A DNA stretch of 64,000 nt from an uncultured Roseovarius sp. (GTDB lineage: Bacteria > Pseudomonadota > Alphaproteobacteria > Rhodobacterales > Rhodobacteraceae), in the NCBI GenBank assembly GCA_963422235.2, contig CAXMWV010000001.1, positions 174,228 through 238,227 on the forward strand, given 5' to 3'. Positions 19,190 through 29,747 of the stretch are shown one piece after another. Position 1 is the first letter of the stretch; each line of letters starts with the position of its first letter. The position numbers were made by a program, and so were the translations under genes. The notes below the pieces were generated by a model. It did no database searches. It saw only the letters and a list, made by a program, of their open reading frames with translations, and was not told where the DNA came from.

Positions 19190-20305
19190 CTAAGCGCGTG
19201 CGGCCAAAGCGTCATTGAGTACGTCCAGCACCTGATCGGGCTGTACATCCGAGGTCACAAACGCTTGGCCGATGCCATTGGCGAGAATGAAGCGCAGCTT
19301 GCCATCAATCACCTTCTTGTCCTGTCCCATGAGGGCAAGAAGCGCATTCGCGTCCGGTAATTCACCAGCAATGTCAGACAGGTCAACCTTCATGCTCATG
19401 CAACTCAGATGTTCACGCACCCGGCTGGGGTCTTCCTGCGAACACAGACCCATCCTGGCAGACAGCTCAAACGCCAAGGCACAGCCAATCGCGACACCTT
19501 CCCCGTGGAGCAAACGGTCGGAGTACCCGGTCGCAGCCTCTAGCGCGTGGCAAAACGTGTGGCCAAGGTTCAAGAGCGCCCGGTCACCCTGTTCAGTTTC
19601 GTCGCGCACGACGATCTCGGCCTTCATCTCCACCGATCTGCGCACAGCTGCGATGCGAGCGGCCAGATCCCCCTCTGCCATCGCCGGGCCGTTCTCTTCC
19701 AGCCATGCGAAAAAAGACGCGTCCCCTAACAGGCCGTACTTCACAACCTCACCGTAACCCGCTAGAAAGTCGCGCTTTTCCATGGTGTCCAGTACATCGA
19801 TATCAGCCAGAACAAGGCTCGGCTGATGAAAGGCCCCGATCAGGTTCTTGCCCTGCGGCGCGTTGATCCCGGTCTTGCCACCGACAGAGCTGTCTACTTG
19901 CGCCAAAAGCGACGTGGGCACCTGGACGAACCGCACACCCCTTCGCAATACGGCAGCCGCAAACCCGACCAAATCGCCGATCACACCACCGCCAAGGGCG
20001 ATGACGATGTCGCCGCGTTCGACTTTCTCTTCCAGAAGCCACTCAACCGTGCGCTCAAACGGGCCCCAAGACTTCGTGGCCTCCCCCGGTGGAAGGCTCA
20101 AGTGGTTTGCCGAAATCCCGTTCGACGCCAACCCCGCCGTCAAGCTTTCCAGATGAAGCGCCGCGACATGGTCATCGGTGACGATCGCCACGCGCGGGCG
20201 TTTCAAGAACGGCCCGAGCAGTTCCCCCGACCGCTCCAGCAACCCCGGCCCGATCAGCACGTCATAGGCCCGCCCTTCAAGGGGCACATGCACCTTTTCC
20301 ATCAT
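19190..20305 (-). CDS. aroB: 3-dehydroquinate synthase
   Basis: 371 aa. GGGVIGDLVGFAA nucleotide-binding motif. 4-nt overlap with the upstream aroK. Confidence 0.9.
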   Translation of the reverse strand: MMEKVHVPLEGRAYDVLIGPGLLERSGELLGPFLKRPRVAIVTDDHVAALHLESLTAGLASNGISANHLSLPPGEATKSWGPFERTVEWLLEEKVERGDIVIALGGGVIGDLVGFAAAVLRRGVRFVQVPTSLLAQVDSSVGGKTGINAPQGKNLIGAFHQPSLVLADIDVLDTMEKRDFLAGYGEVVKYGLLGDASFFAWLEENGPAMAEGDLAARIAAVRRSVEMKAEIVVRDETEQGDRALLNLGHTFCHALEAATGYSDRLLHGEGVAIGCALAFELSARMGLCSQEDPSRVREHLSCMSMKVDLSDIAGELPDANALLALMGQDKKVIDGKLRFILANGIGQAFVTSDVQPDQVLDVLNDALAARA

Positions 20306-20922
20306 GCCTGCATCTCCAGCACATCCGGCCGCGTGAGCAGGGTTTCCACCACCTGTTCGGCCATGTCATCCAGTGAATAGGCTGGTTGCGCCTTCACGGT
20401 CAAATCAGCGGTTTCATAGACCGGCACACGATCGTTATACAGGGCTTTCAGCGTGGCATATGGATCAGCTGTGCGCAGCAAAGGCCTGGTATCTTTATTT
20501 TTTACCCGACCCCACAGCAGCTGCAAATCCGCATTCAACCACACGGAAACACCCTTTTCGGAAATGTTCAGGCGATTGCGTTCGGCCAGAAACGCGCCCC
20601 CGCCTGTCGAAAGGACACCACGGCGGCTTTCCAGCAATCTGTTGATCACTTCCGCCTCCCGGTCCCTGAAAAACGCCTCGCCATCCCGGGCGAAAATCTC
20701 GGCGATGGTCATTTTGGCGGCGTCTTCAATCTCGGTGTCCGAATCCAGAAACGGAACATCCAGCTTCGCCGCCAAGGCGCGCCCCACGGCGGTCTTTCCA
20801 GCCCCCATCATGCCGACAAGAACAACCGTCTTATGCAGCTTGAATTGCCCTGCTGCGGCCACGCCTCGGCACTCCCCTGCCAAAAATTCCACGATTTGCA
20901 CTGAATGACGTGATCTTGCCAA
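20302..20922 (-). CDS. aroK: Shikimate kinase (start position uncertain)
   Basis: Walker A LVGMMGAGKTAVG. aroK-aroB arrangement. Confidence 0.85.
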   Translation of the reverse strand: MARSRHSVQIVEFLAGECRGVAAAGQFKLHKTVVLVGMMGAGKTAVGRALAAKLDVPFLDSDTEIEDAAKMTIAEIFARDGEAFFRDREAEVINRLLESRRGVLSTGGGAFLAERNRLNISEKGVSVWLNADLQLLWGRVKNKDTRPLLRTADPYATLKALYNDRVPVYETADLTVKAQPAYSLDDMAEQVVETLLTRPDVLEMQA

Positions 20923-20975
20923 AAAGGCCAGCTATAACTGCGCCCAAGAACAACAAGAGACGGGCAGGCACGACG

Positions 20976-21125
20976 ATGTTCAGGCTGATCAAATGGCTCA
21001 TTTACCTCGGACTTCTGGGCTTTGTCGCACTGGTGATCTACGCCTATATCGGACCGTTTTTTGGCGCGGATTTCTCGCCACCTGAGCAGGAAATCCGTCA
21101 GGATCTGATCCTTGAAACACAATAG
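20976..21125 (+). CDS. Small membrane protein, hypothetical (49 aa)
   Basis: MFRLIKWLIYLGLLGFVALVIYAYIGPFF forms one clear TM helix. The longer ORF from 20910 would overlap aroK. Confidence 0.45.
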   Translation: MFRLIKWLIYLGLLGFVALVIYAYIGPFFGADFSPPEQEIRQDLILETQ

Positions 21126-22662
21126 GCTCTTTCGGCTTTGGCTGAGCTGTGCGCTCTGCCCGACGCTGACATGGGCGGATGAACCCCTTTCGGCCATCGA
21201 TTGGCTGAAGGAACCGCCGCCTGTGACGGTAGCACAACCGCTTATCGAACCTATCGGAGAGCCGCAGCCGCAGATCGGAAGTGGGGAAGGCGCAACCGTC
21301 CCGAATGTAGACGTACAGCCCATCGACACATCGGCAAAAGTGGATGCAGTTGGGCTTTTGCCGTCAGCAAGTACTGGTTTGCCGCTCACCCTCTGGCAGG
21401 CCAGCGCGACCGAAGACATCATATCCCGGCTGGGAAACCTTCCCGATACGCCTTTGCCCGCGTTGCAGGCGCTGATCTACACGCTGCTTTTGGCCGAAGC
21501 CGATCCGCCTGCTGATGCGGCTGCCAATGCACGGTTTTTACACGCTCGCGTCGATGCTTTGCAGCGCTACGGTGCGATTGATGCAGCCCTCGCCCTGGTG
21601 GAGCGCGCCGGTCCAGAAACACCACTACTGTTTGACGACTGGATGCAGCTTAGCCTGTTGCGGGGCACCGAACAGCAGGCCTGCAACGCCCTGGCGCAGG
21701 ACCCTACTTTGTCTGAGAGCTATGGCACCCGTGTCTTTTGCCTTGTGCGCACGGGCGATTGGCCGACAGCGGCACTGATTTACGACACGGCCCTGATCAT
21801 CGGACAGCTGGACCCGGCCAGCACGGAGCAGCTGGCCCTCTTCCTTGATCCGGAGTTCGGCGGCAGTGGCATCGACCTTCCTCCGCCTCGAGACATGACA
21901 CCCCTTCTCTTTCGCCTCTACGAGGCCAACGGTAACCCGCTTCCCACGCGATCCTTGCCCCGCGCTTTTGCCGCGGCCGATCTGCGGGGCACAACCGGCT
22001 GGCGGGCCGAGATTGAAGCAGCAGAGCGCCTCGCTCGAACAGGTGCACTGCCCGCCAACCGCTTGTTGGGTCTTTACACCGCCCGGAAACCCGCCGCCTC
22101 AGGGGGTGTTTGGGACCGCGTGCGACACCTGCAGGCCTTTGACAGCGCTATGTTGTCAGGGGACACAACCCGCATTGCCACCTCCCTGCCAGTTGTTTGG
22201 AAAGATATGCTGGCGGCAGACCTGGGCATTGTGTTTGCCACGCTCTACGGCGAACGCCTTTCTCGGCTGGCGCTGCCCGGGCTAGAGGACATGGTTCAAA
22301 CCATTGGCTTGCTGTCGCCCAGCTACGCGTCTCTGCCCGCACCGGGCGAGGCTGCCTCACAGCAGGCCCGTTTTTTGCAAGGATTGGCCAAGGGACAACC
22401 CGACGCATCGCTGGCGCAAAGCCCGACCCAGGAGGCCATCGCCCGTGCGTTTGCCACCCCTACACCAGCCCGCAAATATGCAGGTCCCCTGTCCGAGGGC
22501 AAACTCGGGCAGGTCATCCTGAATGTGATCACCGATCTCAATCGCGCCGTCTCCGGTCGTAGCGGCCAGATCGAAGGCGCGCTCTCTACGTTGCGGTACG
22601 CAGGACTGGAAGATGTGGCGCGCCAGACGGCCCTACAAATCCTTCTGTTGCCGGCCCGATGA
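21112..22662 (+). CDS. Hypothetical exported protein (516 aa, helical-repeat-like), TTG start
   Basis: Signal-peptide-like N-terminus MKHNRLFRLWLSCALCPTLTWA. Ala/Leu-rich helical body. 4-nt overlap with the xerD start suggests co-transcription. Confidence 0.6.
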   Translation: MKHNRLFRLWLSCALCPTLTWADEPLSAIDWLKEPPPVTVAQPLIEPIGEPQPQIGSGEGATVPNVDVQPIDTSAKVDAVGLLPSASTGLPLTLWQASATEDIISRLGNLPDTPLPALQALIYTLLLAEADPPADAAANARFLHARVDALQRYGAIDAALALVERAGPETPLLFDDWMQLSLLRGTEQQACNALAQDPTLSESYGTRVFCLVRTGDWPTAALIYDTALIIGQLDPASTEQLALFLDPEFGGSGIDLPPPRDMTPLLFRLYEANGNPLPTRSLPRAFAAADLRGTTGWRAEIEAAERLARTGALPANRLLGLYTARKPAASGGVWDRVRHLQAFDSAMLSGDTTRIATSLPVVWKDMLAADLGIVFATLYGERLSRLALPGLEDMVQTIGLLSPSYASLPAPGEAASQQARFLQGLAKGQPDASLAQSPTQEAIARAFATPTPARKYAGPLSEGKLGQVILNVITDLNRAVSGRSGQIEGALSTLRYAGLEDVARQTALQILLLPAR

Positions 22663-23630
22663 CCGAGGCCAAGTTTTGGATAAGCCAGTTTCTTGAGGCG
22701 CGTGCGGCTGAATACGGCGCGGCCCAGAACACGCTTTCCGCCTATGAACGGGATCTGTCGGCCTTTGCCGCTTGGGTTACCACCCAGAAAGATAGCCTCG
22801 AGACGATCACGCAAGACGGGATTGAGCGGTACTTGATGGATTGCGCAAACCAAGGCCTCGCGAAATCCACGCTCGCGCGGCGTCTGTCTGCGGTTCGCCA
22901 GCTTTTCACTTTTGCTTTTGAAGAACGTATGCGCACCGACAATCCCGCGTTGCGCATCAAGGGAGCGGGCAAGTCCAAGCGCCTGCCCAAAACCCTGTCG
23001 GTGGAAGACGTTGAACGCTTGCTGAAGGCGGCGCGTCAGATGGGCCGGTCAAAACCCATGCGCCTGCGCAGCACCTGTTTGATGGAAGTGCTCTACGCAA
23101 CCGGCATGCGGGTGAGCGAACTGGTGTCGCTGCCCATGTCGGCGGCACGGGGAGATCCCGAGATGCTTTTGGTCCGCGGGAAAGGCGACAAAGAACGGCT
23201 GGTTCCGCTGTCCAGCACGGCCAAGGACGCCCTGGCTGCGTGGCTGGCGCATCGCGATGAGGAGGAAGCCGAGGCGCGGGCAGAAGGCCGCCCCGGATCA
23301 CCATTCCTGTTTCCCTCAAACTCCAAGCAGGGATATCTCACGCGCAACAGTTTCTACATGTTTGTCAAAGACCTGGCAGTCGCGGCTCATGTGAACCCTA
23401 GCACAGTAACGCCTCACACATTACGCCATGCATTTGCCACGCATCTTTTGGCGGGCGGGGCTGATCTGCGTAGCATTCAAACGCTTCTAGGCCATGCAGA
23501 CGTGGCAACCACCGAGATCTATACGCATGTTCTGGAAGAACGCTTACGCCAGCTGGTCGAGGCCCATCACCCGCTTGCAACGGCGGCGCGGCGCAACTCT
23601 GGTGGCAACACGTCTTCAGACGGCCAGTAA
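22659..23630 (+). CDS. xerD: Site-specific tyrosine recombinase XerD
   Basis: Catalytic region HTLRHAFATHLL...LGHADVATTEIYTHV. N-terminal SAM-like domain. Housekeeping context. Confidence 0.88.
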   Translation: MTEAKFWISQFLEARAAEYGAAQNTLSAYERDLSAFAAWVTTQKDSLETITQDGIERYLMDCANQGLAKSTLARRLSAVRQLFTFAFEERMRTDNPALRIKGAGKSKRLPKTLSVEDVERLLKAARQMGRSKPMRLRSTCLMEVLYATGMRVSELVSLPMSAARGDPEMLLVRGKGDKERLVPLSSTAKDALAAWLAHRDEEEAEARAEGRPGSPFLFPSNSKQGYLTRNSFYMFVKDLAVAAHVNPSTVTPHTLRHAFATHLLAGGADLRSIQTLLGHADVATTEIYTHVLEERLRQLVEAHHPLATAARRNSGGNTSSDGQ

Positions 23631-24385
23631 CCGCTGATCAACCCGTCGTGGTACCCCTGCACCAAGCCTGCGTTGACCATGTCTTGCCGGGCCGCTGCAG
23701 CATCGTATTTCAGCTCATGCAATGTGACCTCGCCGGTCTCCAGCACGGCAAACTCCGTACGATCTGCCCCTTGATTGGGCGGCATGCCGATCACCCCAGC
23801 ATTAATCCACTCAATATGAACCATATGCCGCATGAAAGCCATACCGCAATGCCCTGCGATTACGGCATTAATCTTTCCTGCCACTGATTCAATGGCCCGC
23901 ACTTCTTCCATGAACACGCTCTCATGACTGTTTGGCCATATAAACCGGCTCACATCCGTAAAGCCGCCATGGACCACGGCAAAACGCTTCCCATTTTGCG
24001 AGAAGGTCAGCGCATCCGGCAGATCACCCATCCAAAGACGGTCATCCGCATCGACATGCGCATTTGCATGCGCAAACCAACCTGCAGACAGCACATCGCA
24101 CGCGCTGCCCTCTTCAAACCCGCAGCCGCAATCCATTGCCCCGGCGGCCAGCTGCTTTTCACAATTGCCGACCACCACATGAACGCCCGCCGCCCGGATT
24201 GCAGCAACCGTTTGCTGCGGTGAGGCGCAGTACGCCACCACGTCGCCTGTGCAAATCATGTTGTCTGCCGCGATCCCGCGCGCCTGTGCCTCGGCAAAGA
24301 TTGCCTCGGTCGCCTGCAAATTCGAATAAGGACCACCGAAGAGCAGCACAGGCGTGTCAATTTCGCCCAAATCCAACAGTTTCAT
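23567..24385 (-). CDS. Metallophosphoesterase family protein
   Basis: 272 aa. GDVVAYCA, GNCE and VHGG/GHCG motifs of the calcineurin-like phosphoesterase fold. Confidence 0.7.
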   Translation of the reverse strand: MKLLDLGEIDTPVLLFGGPYSNLQATEAIFAEAQARGIAADNMICTGDVVAYCASPQQTVAAIRAAGVHVVVGNCEKQLAAGAMDCGCGFEEGSACDVLSAGWFAHANAHVDADDRLWMGDLPDALTFSQNGKRFAVVHGGFTDVSRFIWPNSHESVFMEEVRAIESVAGKINAVIAGHCGMAFMRHMVHIEWINAGVIGMPPNQGADRTEFAVLETGEVTLHELKYDAAAARQDMVNAGLVQGYHDGLISGYWPSEDVLPPELRRAAVASG

Positions 24386-24453
24386 CGCGGCGTTCCTTGA
24401 ATGACGGGCGAAGCGACCCCATAACCCATTTCAGTAAAAGGACGATGCTTTGA

Positions 24454-25761
24454 ATGGAACCCTCAGCTCCTGCGCTTGACGCAGCTTTCTGGATTACCTC
24501 CAGCTCTATTCTATTGCTCCTCGTGCTGTCCGCTTACTTTTCCGGCAGTGAAACCGCATTGACGGCCGCCTCTCGCGGCAAACTGCGTGCGCGGGCGGAC
24601 AAGGGCGACAAAGGCGCGCAAAAAGCCCTCGACATCACGGAAGATAATGAACGTCTGATCGGGTCGGTTCTGCTGGGCAACAACCTTGTGAACATTTTGG
24701 CGGCTTCGCTCGCCACAGCGATGTTTACGAAACTATTCGGCGAATCGGGTGTGGCCTTGGCCACGCTGATGATGACGCTTCTGGTGTTGATCTTCGCCGA
24801 GGTTTTGCCAAAAACCTATGCCATCACCAATTCCGAGACCGCCGCGTCCCTGACCGCACCGATCATCAAATACGTGATCATGGTCTTCTCGCCGGTTGTG
24901 AGCGCAGTACGCATGCTGGTGCGGGGTGTCCTTAGTCTTGTCGGGGTGAAGATTGACCCCGACAGCAACATCCTCGCTGTCCGCGAAGAGATCGCCGGCG
25001 CGCTACACCTTGGCCACTCCGAAGGTGTCGTGGAAAAAGAAGACCGGGACAGGATTCTCGGCGCGCTTGATCTGGGCGACAGGACGGTTGATGAAATCAT
25101 GCGCCACCGCTCCGGCATTGAGATGATCGATGCCGATGACGACCCGGAGGCGATCCTGAACCAGTGTTTGACAAGCGCCTACACCCGCCTGCCTGTTTTC
25201 CGCGATGATCCGGAAAACATCATCGGGGTTGTGCACGCCAAAGACCTTCTGCGCGCGGTCCACAAGCTGGTCACCGAAGGCGGTGTTTCGGCCAGGGCCT
25301 TGCAAAAATTCGACATCTGTTCAGTGGCGATGAAGCCCTACTTTGTGCCTGAGACCACAACGCTGGATGATCAGATGCGTCAATTCCTGCGTCGCCGCGC
25401 GCATTTTGCGCTTGTGGTCGACGAATACGGCGCGCTCGAAGGGCTGATCACGCTGGAGGACATCCTAGAAGAAATCGTGGGTGAGATTGCCGATGAGTTC
25501 GACGTGGACGCCGACAATCAGATCGCAAAGAGCGATGATGGACAGTTTATCGTAGAAGGTGCCATGACCATTCGCGACCTCAACCGCGTCATGGATTGGA
25601 ACCTGCCGGATGACGAGGCCAACACGGTTGCGGGCCTCGTGATCCACGAAGCGCAGATCATACCGGACGTGACACAGGCGTTTAACTTCCACGGCTTCCG
25701 ATTTGAAATCCTTCAGAAAACCGACAACCGTATCACCAGCATCAAGATGCGGAAGTTGTAA
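24454..25761 (+). CDS. HlyC/CorC family transporter (CNNM/DUF21 TM domain + CBS pair + CorC_HlyC)
   Basis: 435 aa. The N-terminal TM block starts YFSGSETALTA. CBS pair. C-terminal transporter-associated domain. Confidence 0.85.
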   Translation: MEPSAPALDAAFWITSSSILLLLVLSAYFSGSETALTAASRGKLRARADKGDKGAQKALDITEDNERLIGSVLLGNNLVNILAASLATAMFTKLFGESGVALATLMMTLLVLIFAEVLPKTYAITNSETAASLTAPIIKYVIMVFSPVVSAVRMLVRGVLSLVGVKIDPDSNILAVREEIAGALHLGHSEGVVEKEDRDRILGALDLGDRTVDEIMRHRSGIEMIDADDDPEAILNQCLTSAYTRLPVFRDDPENIIGVVHAKDLLRAVHKLVTEGGVSARALQKFDICSVAMKPYFVPETTTLDDQMRQFLRRRAHFALVVDEYGALEGLITLEDILEEIVGEIADEFDVDADNQIAKSDDGQFIVEGAMTIRDLNRVMDWNLPDDEANTVAGLVIHEAQIIPDVTQAFNFHGFRFEILQKTDNRITSIKMRKL

Positions 25762-25840
25762 GGTTCCGGGGGGCGCTGCCCCCGTCGCCTTTAGCGACTC
25801 CTCCAAGGTACTTCTGGCAAGAAAGAAACGGGTTTGCGCG

Positions 25841-26992
25841 TCAGAGGCGTGCGAGAACCGCTTTGGCCGCGCGCAGTCCGGGTGGATCGCCACCGCGGCC
25901 GAGACGGTCCATGGTCGTGCGCATTGCCGCGTGTTGGGCCGTCATATCACCGTCAAGCAGTGCTTCCACAGCGAGTGCGATGCGGTCCGGCGTGCAGTCC
26001 TTCCCCAGAAGCTCCGGGATATTTCGCGTTTCCGAAACAAGGTTGACCAGCGTGAGTGTGTCGATCAGCAGCATCCGAGAGATGATCACGCGCGACAACC
26101 AGCTTGTGTCATAGGCGATCAACATGGGCGTGTCGGCGGCGGCAAGCTCCAGTGACACTGTTCCAGATGTCGCCAAGGCACGATCAGCGGCCGCAAAAGC
26201 GCACATCTTTTCATACGCATAGGCTTCTGCGCTCAAGTCATTGGGCGAGATCACAAGCGGTGAAGCGGGCAAGTCGGCCGCCATCTCCCGCACCTGCATC
26301 GTTCGAGGCCCAGTCGTTGGCATTACCAAGCGCAGATCAGGCCTTTTGGCACAGACGGTGCGCAAAGCCTCAGCAAAACGAGGCCCCAACCGCGCGACCT
26401 CCCCACCTCTCGATCCCGGCAGCACAAGCAGGATCGGCGCTCCTTCCAACCCGTGTCGCGTCTTGAAATCTGCCACCTGTTCTGCCGTCGCGACAGGCTC
26501 ATTCACCACGGGGTGGCCTACGAAATCACAAGCAACGCCCGCAGCCTCAATCAACGGTGGCTCGATCGGTAAAAGGGCCAGCACCTGATCGACAATTCCC
26601 GGCAGCCGCTGCGCCCGCTTCGGGCGCCAGGCCCAGACCGACGGCGCAACGTAATGCACCGTGCGTATGTTGCTGCGGGCCTTGACCTGTTTGGCCACCC
26701 GGAGGCTGAATTCAGGGCTGTCGATGGTGATCAATACGTCCGGCTTGGAGGCAAGAACCGCCTCGATTGTTTGATGAAGACGTCTGCGCAAGTGCATGTA
26801 TTTGGGAAGAATTTCCACCAAACCTACGACACTCAACTCATCCATCGGGAAAAGAGACGCAAGCCCCTCCGCTTCCATCAATGGACCTCCTACGCCGGAG
26901 AACACGACATCTGTTTGCGTTTTCAATCCGGCCATGAGGGCCGCACCGAGCCTGTCGCCCGATGCTTCACCCGCCACAACAAACACCCGCAT
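25841..26992 (-). CDS. lpxB: Lipid-A-disaccharide synthase
   Basis: The N-terminus MRVFVVAGEASGDRLGA is an LpxB hallmark. Lies in the lpx cluster. Confidence 0.9.
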   Translation of the reverse strand: MRVFVVAGEASGDRLGAALMAGLKTQTDVVFSGVGGPLMEAEGLASLFPMDELSVVGLVEILPKYMHLRRRLHQTIEAVLASKPDVLITIDSPEFSLRVAKQVKARSNIRTVHYVAPSVWAWRPKRAQRLPGIVDQVLALLPIEPPLIEAAGVACDFVGHPVVNEPVATAEQVADFKTRHGLEGAPILLVLPGSRGGEVARLGPRFAEALRTVCAKRPDLRLVMPTTGPRTMQVREMAADLPASPLVISPNDLSAEAYAYEKMCAFAAADRALATSGTVSLELAAADTPMLIAYDTSWLSRVIISRMLLIDTLTLVNLVSETRNIPELLGKDCTPDRIALAVEALLDGDMTAQHAAMRTTMDRLGRGGDPPGLRAAKAVLARL

Positions 26993-27799
26993 CTAAAGCG
27001 CCCGGGCCTGCAGGAAGAGGCCCGTTTCCCGCACGATACGCAGTGTCTCATCCCGATCAAGCATCAAGGCCTTGCCAGCCTCAACCACCAGTCCGGCTAG
27101 CCCTGCCGCAGCCACCCCGTGCACGGTCTCGGGGCCAATCGTTGGCATATCAATGCGCAGATCCTGACCCGCCTTGGCGGCTTTGACATAGACACCCTTC
27201 TGTCCGCGACGCAGCCCAGCCGGAGTTTGCCCCACGAACCGCAGCAACGCGTCCGTGCCTTGCACAGTTTCAATGCCGAGACACTGCCCTGCCGCCACAA
27301 CGCAGCCTTGCCCTAAATCTAAACCCGAAATACCGCGCAAAATATCAACTGCCCGAGTGATATCCGATTCCTCGTTACCCGACGGCACCGGGCCAACGCT
27401 CAAACCCTCTTCCACCACGAGGGACGGAAGCACATCTCGCACCCCACGCACTGCGAACCCTTGTTCTTCGAATACCTCAATCACCGTTCGCAAAAGGCCA
27501 TCATCACCAAGCGACATCGCTGACATCAGGCGCGGGGCAATCGACATCATCTTCGCGTCGAAAGCTGATGGATCCAAAGCCGGGCGACTCAACGCCCCGG
27601 CAAATACAATCTCGGTGACGCCTTCGGCTGTCATGGCGTCAAACAGGCCACCGATTTGTTCCAGCCGATGCTTTTGCGAAACGGGTTCAAGATCACTGGC
27701 AATACCTTGCAGCGTGATGACCATAGCCTCAGGGTGCGCCTGATGTATCAAGACAGGAAGCGCGCCACCGCAGGCAAGAATGGCCAACCGCGCGCCCAT
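26993..27799 (-). CDS. lpxI: UDP-2,3-diacylglucosamine diphosphatase LpxI (DUF1009 family)
   Basis: 268 aa between lpxA and lpxB, the characteristic alphaproteobacterial position. GQCLGIETVQGTDALL-type motif. Confidence 0.8.
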   Translation of the reverse strand: MGARLAILACGGALPVLIHQAHPEAMVITLQGIASDLEPVSQKHRLEQIGGLFDAMTAEGVTEIVFAGALSRPALDPSAFDAKMMSIAPRLMSAMSLGDDGLLRTVIEVFEEQGFAVRGVRDVLPSLVVEEGLSVGPVPSGNEESDITRAVDILRGISGLDLGQGCVVAAGQCLGIETVQGTDALLRFVGQTPAGLRRGQKGVYVKAAKAGQDLRIDMPTIGPETVHGVAAAGLAGLVVEAGKALMLDRDETLRIVRETGLFLQARAL

Positions 27800-27801
27800 G
27801 A

Positions 27802-28605
27802 TCAGCCGTTGGACCCCGGCGTCAGGAAAGACCGGTCTGTCGCGCCCGTGACGAAATTCACGATCTGACGGACATAGTCGCTTTCTGTTTCTTCGCCGAG
27901 CCGCCGGGCGCGATCTTGAAACGTACCTTCACCCTGCGCTAGCATCTGGAAGGCCGCGCGCAAGGCCGTGATGTCCGACCGCGCCACACCGCGCCGCTTG
28001 AGACCGATCAGGTTCAAGCCATCCAACTCTCCGCGAGGGGCCTGCACAAGCCCATGGGGGATCACATCATTGGTGACCATGGTCACTGCCCCGATGATCG
28101 CACCCTGTCCAATGCGCACCCATTGGTGAACGCCGCTCAGGCCACCGATGATGACCTCATCTTCAATCACGCAATGCCCCGCGAGGGCGGCGTTGTTCAC
28201 GATGATCACGCGATCTCCGACCACGCAATCGTGGGCCACATGACAGCCAGCCATGAAAAGCCCGTCATCGCCCACGCGCGTCACACCACCACCGCCTTCG
28301 GTGCCGGTGTTCATGGTTACGTGTTCGCGGATGCGGTTGCGTTTGCCGACGACAAGGCGCGTGGCTTCGCCCTTGAACTTCAGGTCTTGTGGGATCTCAC
28401 CGATGCAAGCGAAGGGGAATACGATCGTATCTTCACCCACCTCCGTTTGACCGGCCACCACAACGTGCGATTTCAGCACCACGCCGTCGCCGAGCACCGC
28501 TTCAGGCCCGACATGGCAAAACGGCCCGATATGAACGCCTTGCCCGATCTGGGCCCCGCTTTCCACCACCGCCGAAGGGTGAATGATGGTTTCGCCCTGG
28601 CTCAT
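27802..28605 (-). CDS. lpxA: Acyl-ACP--UDP-N-acetylglucosamine O-acyltransferase
   Basis: Left-handed beta-helix hexapeptide repeats throughout. 267 aa. 4-nt overlap with fabZ. Confidence 0.9.
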   Translation of the reverse strand: MSQGETIIHPSAVVESGAQIGQGVHIGPFCHVGPEAVLGDGVVLKSHVVVAGQTEVGEDTIVFPFACIGEIPQDLKFKGEATRLVVGKRNRIREHVTMNTGTEGGGGVTRVGDDGLFMAGCHVAHDCVVGDRVIIVNNAALAGHCVIEDEVIIGGLSGVHQWVRIGQGAIIGAVTMVTNDVIPHGLVQAPRGELDGLNLIGLKRRGVARSDITALRAAFQMLAQGEGTFQDRARRLGEETESDYVRQIVNFVTGATDRSFLTPGSNG

Positions 28606-29075
28606 GCGATTTTCTCTCCGGTCAGGTCCATCATCGCCGTGAATTCGGCCTCGCAGGCCAGCTCTTCCCCGACGACGGCGCGGCCTTTGAACTTCCAGAC
28701 CTTGCCGCCTGGTTTTCCGCGCAGGGTCTCTACGTGCATTTCAAGCACATCGCCGGGTGTGACCATCCGGCGGAACTTGCAGTTCTCAATGGCCATGAAA
28801 TATACCAGCAGGTTATTGTCTTGCATATTGAGGGCCATACCAACCATGACGGCCGCGGTCTGCGCCATGGCCTCGGCAATCGTCACGCCGGGCATGATCG
28901 GCGTGCCCGGGAAGTGGCCCTGAAAATGCGGTTCGTTCATGGTGACGTTCTTGATGCCACGCGCAGTTTGGTACCCATCGATATCAACGACCTTATCCAC
29001 CAGAAGAAACGGATACCTGTGCGGAATAAGCCGTTGGATCATATGAATATCCGCGGTCTGCAACGGCTCTGACAT
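28602..29075 (-). CDS. fabZ: 3-hydroxyacyl-ACP dehydratase
   Basis: [14 protein letters not shown] and [11 protein letters not shown] motifs. Confidence 0.92.
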   Translation of the reverse strand: MSEPLQTADIHMIQRLIPHRYPFLLVDKVVDIDGYQTARGIKNVTMNEPHFQGHFPGTPIMPGVTIAEAMAQTAAVMVGMALNMQDNNLLVYFMAIENCKFRRMVTPGDVLEMHVETLRGKPGGKVWKFKGRAVVGEELACEAEFTAMMDLTGEKIA

Positions 29076-29157
29076 GAGGTGTCCTTTCGATGGTAAATCG
29101 GCCCGTGCCTATCAAGACCGCGCGGTCTGGGCAAGCGTTGGGCGGCTGTGACTCAGT

Positions 29158-29745
29158 TTAGTCCTGTCCCGAGGTGTCGGGTTCGGGCGGGTCGGTCTCA
29201 ACGTCATCAACAGGAAACGCCGCGTCAATGCCCTCGATAGCACGATCCGTTATGTCGATCACATCGGCGCGCAAGATGACGGTGCGCTGATCCAGCAAAA
29301 CGATCCCTCCCGCTGCACTCATAATCTCAAGAATGACGCCATCCACTTGGCGTAGGAATTCGGCCGGCAGGCGTTCACGATCACGCTCCAAGTCCCGCAC
29401 GCGCCGTTCGCTTGCGCGACGAATTTCCTGAACGCGCGCATCAAACGCGTCAGCCAGTTCCCGGAAGTCCTCTGGACTGGTTTCTGCCCGGATGTCCGTC
29501 AGGCGTTTTTCTTCCGCTTCCAGTTCTGCCTCTAGGCTGCGATTTTGCGCGGCCAAAGCGTCCCGTTCTGCTTGGTGTTCCGCCAGCATTTCACGACCTA
29601 AAGCCGTCTCCTCGAACATACGCTCGGGATCTAGGACGAGTATGTCAGACCGGGCAACACCGGTATCTTGCGCGTCGACGTCAACGGGCAGAAACAGCCC
29701 TAGCCAGACCAGAGCTGCGGCCAAAGTGGCGCGCCCTGGTGTCAT
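29158..29745 (-). CDS. OmpH/Skp family periplasmic chaperone
   Basis: Signal peptide, then a long charged coiled-coil region. Located directly downstream of bamA. Confidence 0.75.
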   Translation of the reverse strand: MTPGRATLAAALVWLGLFLPVDVDAQDTGVARSDILVLDPERMFEETALGREMLAEHQAERDALAAQNRSLEAELEAEEKRLTDIRAETSPEDFRELADAFDARVQEIRRASERRVRDLERDRERLPAEFLRQVDGVILEIMSAAGGIVLLDQRTVILRADVIDITDRAIEGIDAAFPVDDVETDPPEPDTSGQD

Positions 29746-29747
29746 CG

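Noticed and set aside
22659-23630. The tyrosine recombinase as a marker of an integrated mobile element
   Set aside because: The sequence and context (aroK-aroB and a conserved exported protein, with 4-nt coupling) fit the chromosomal dimer-resolution recombinase XerD. I saw no flanking direct repeats, tRNA target or phage or plasmid genes.
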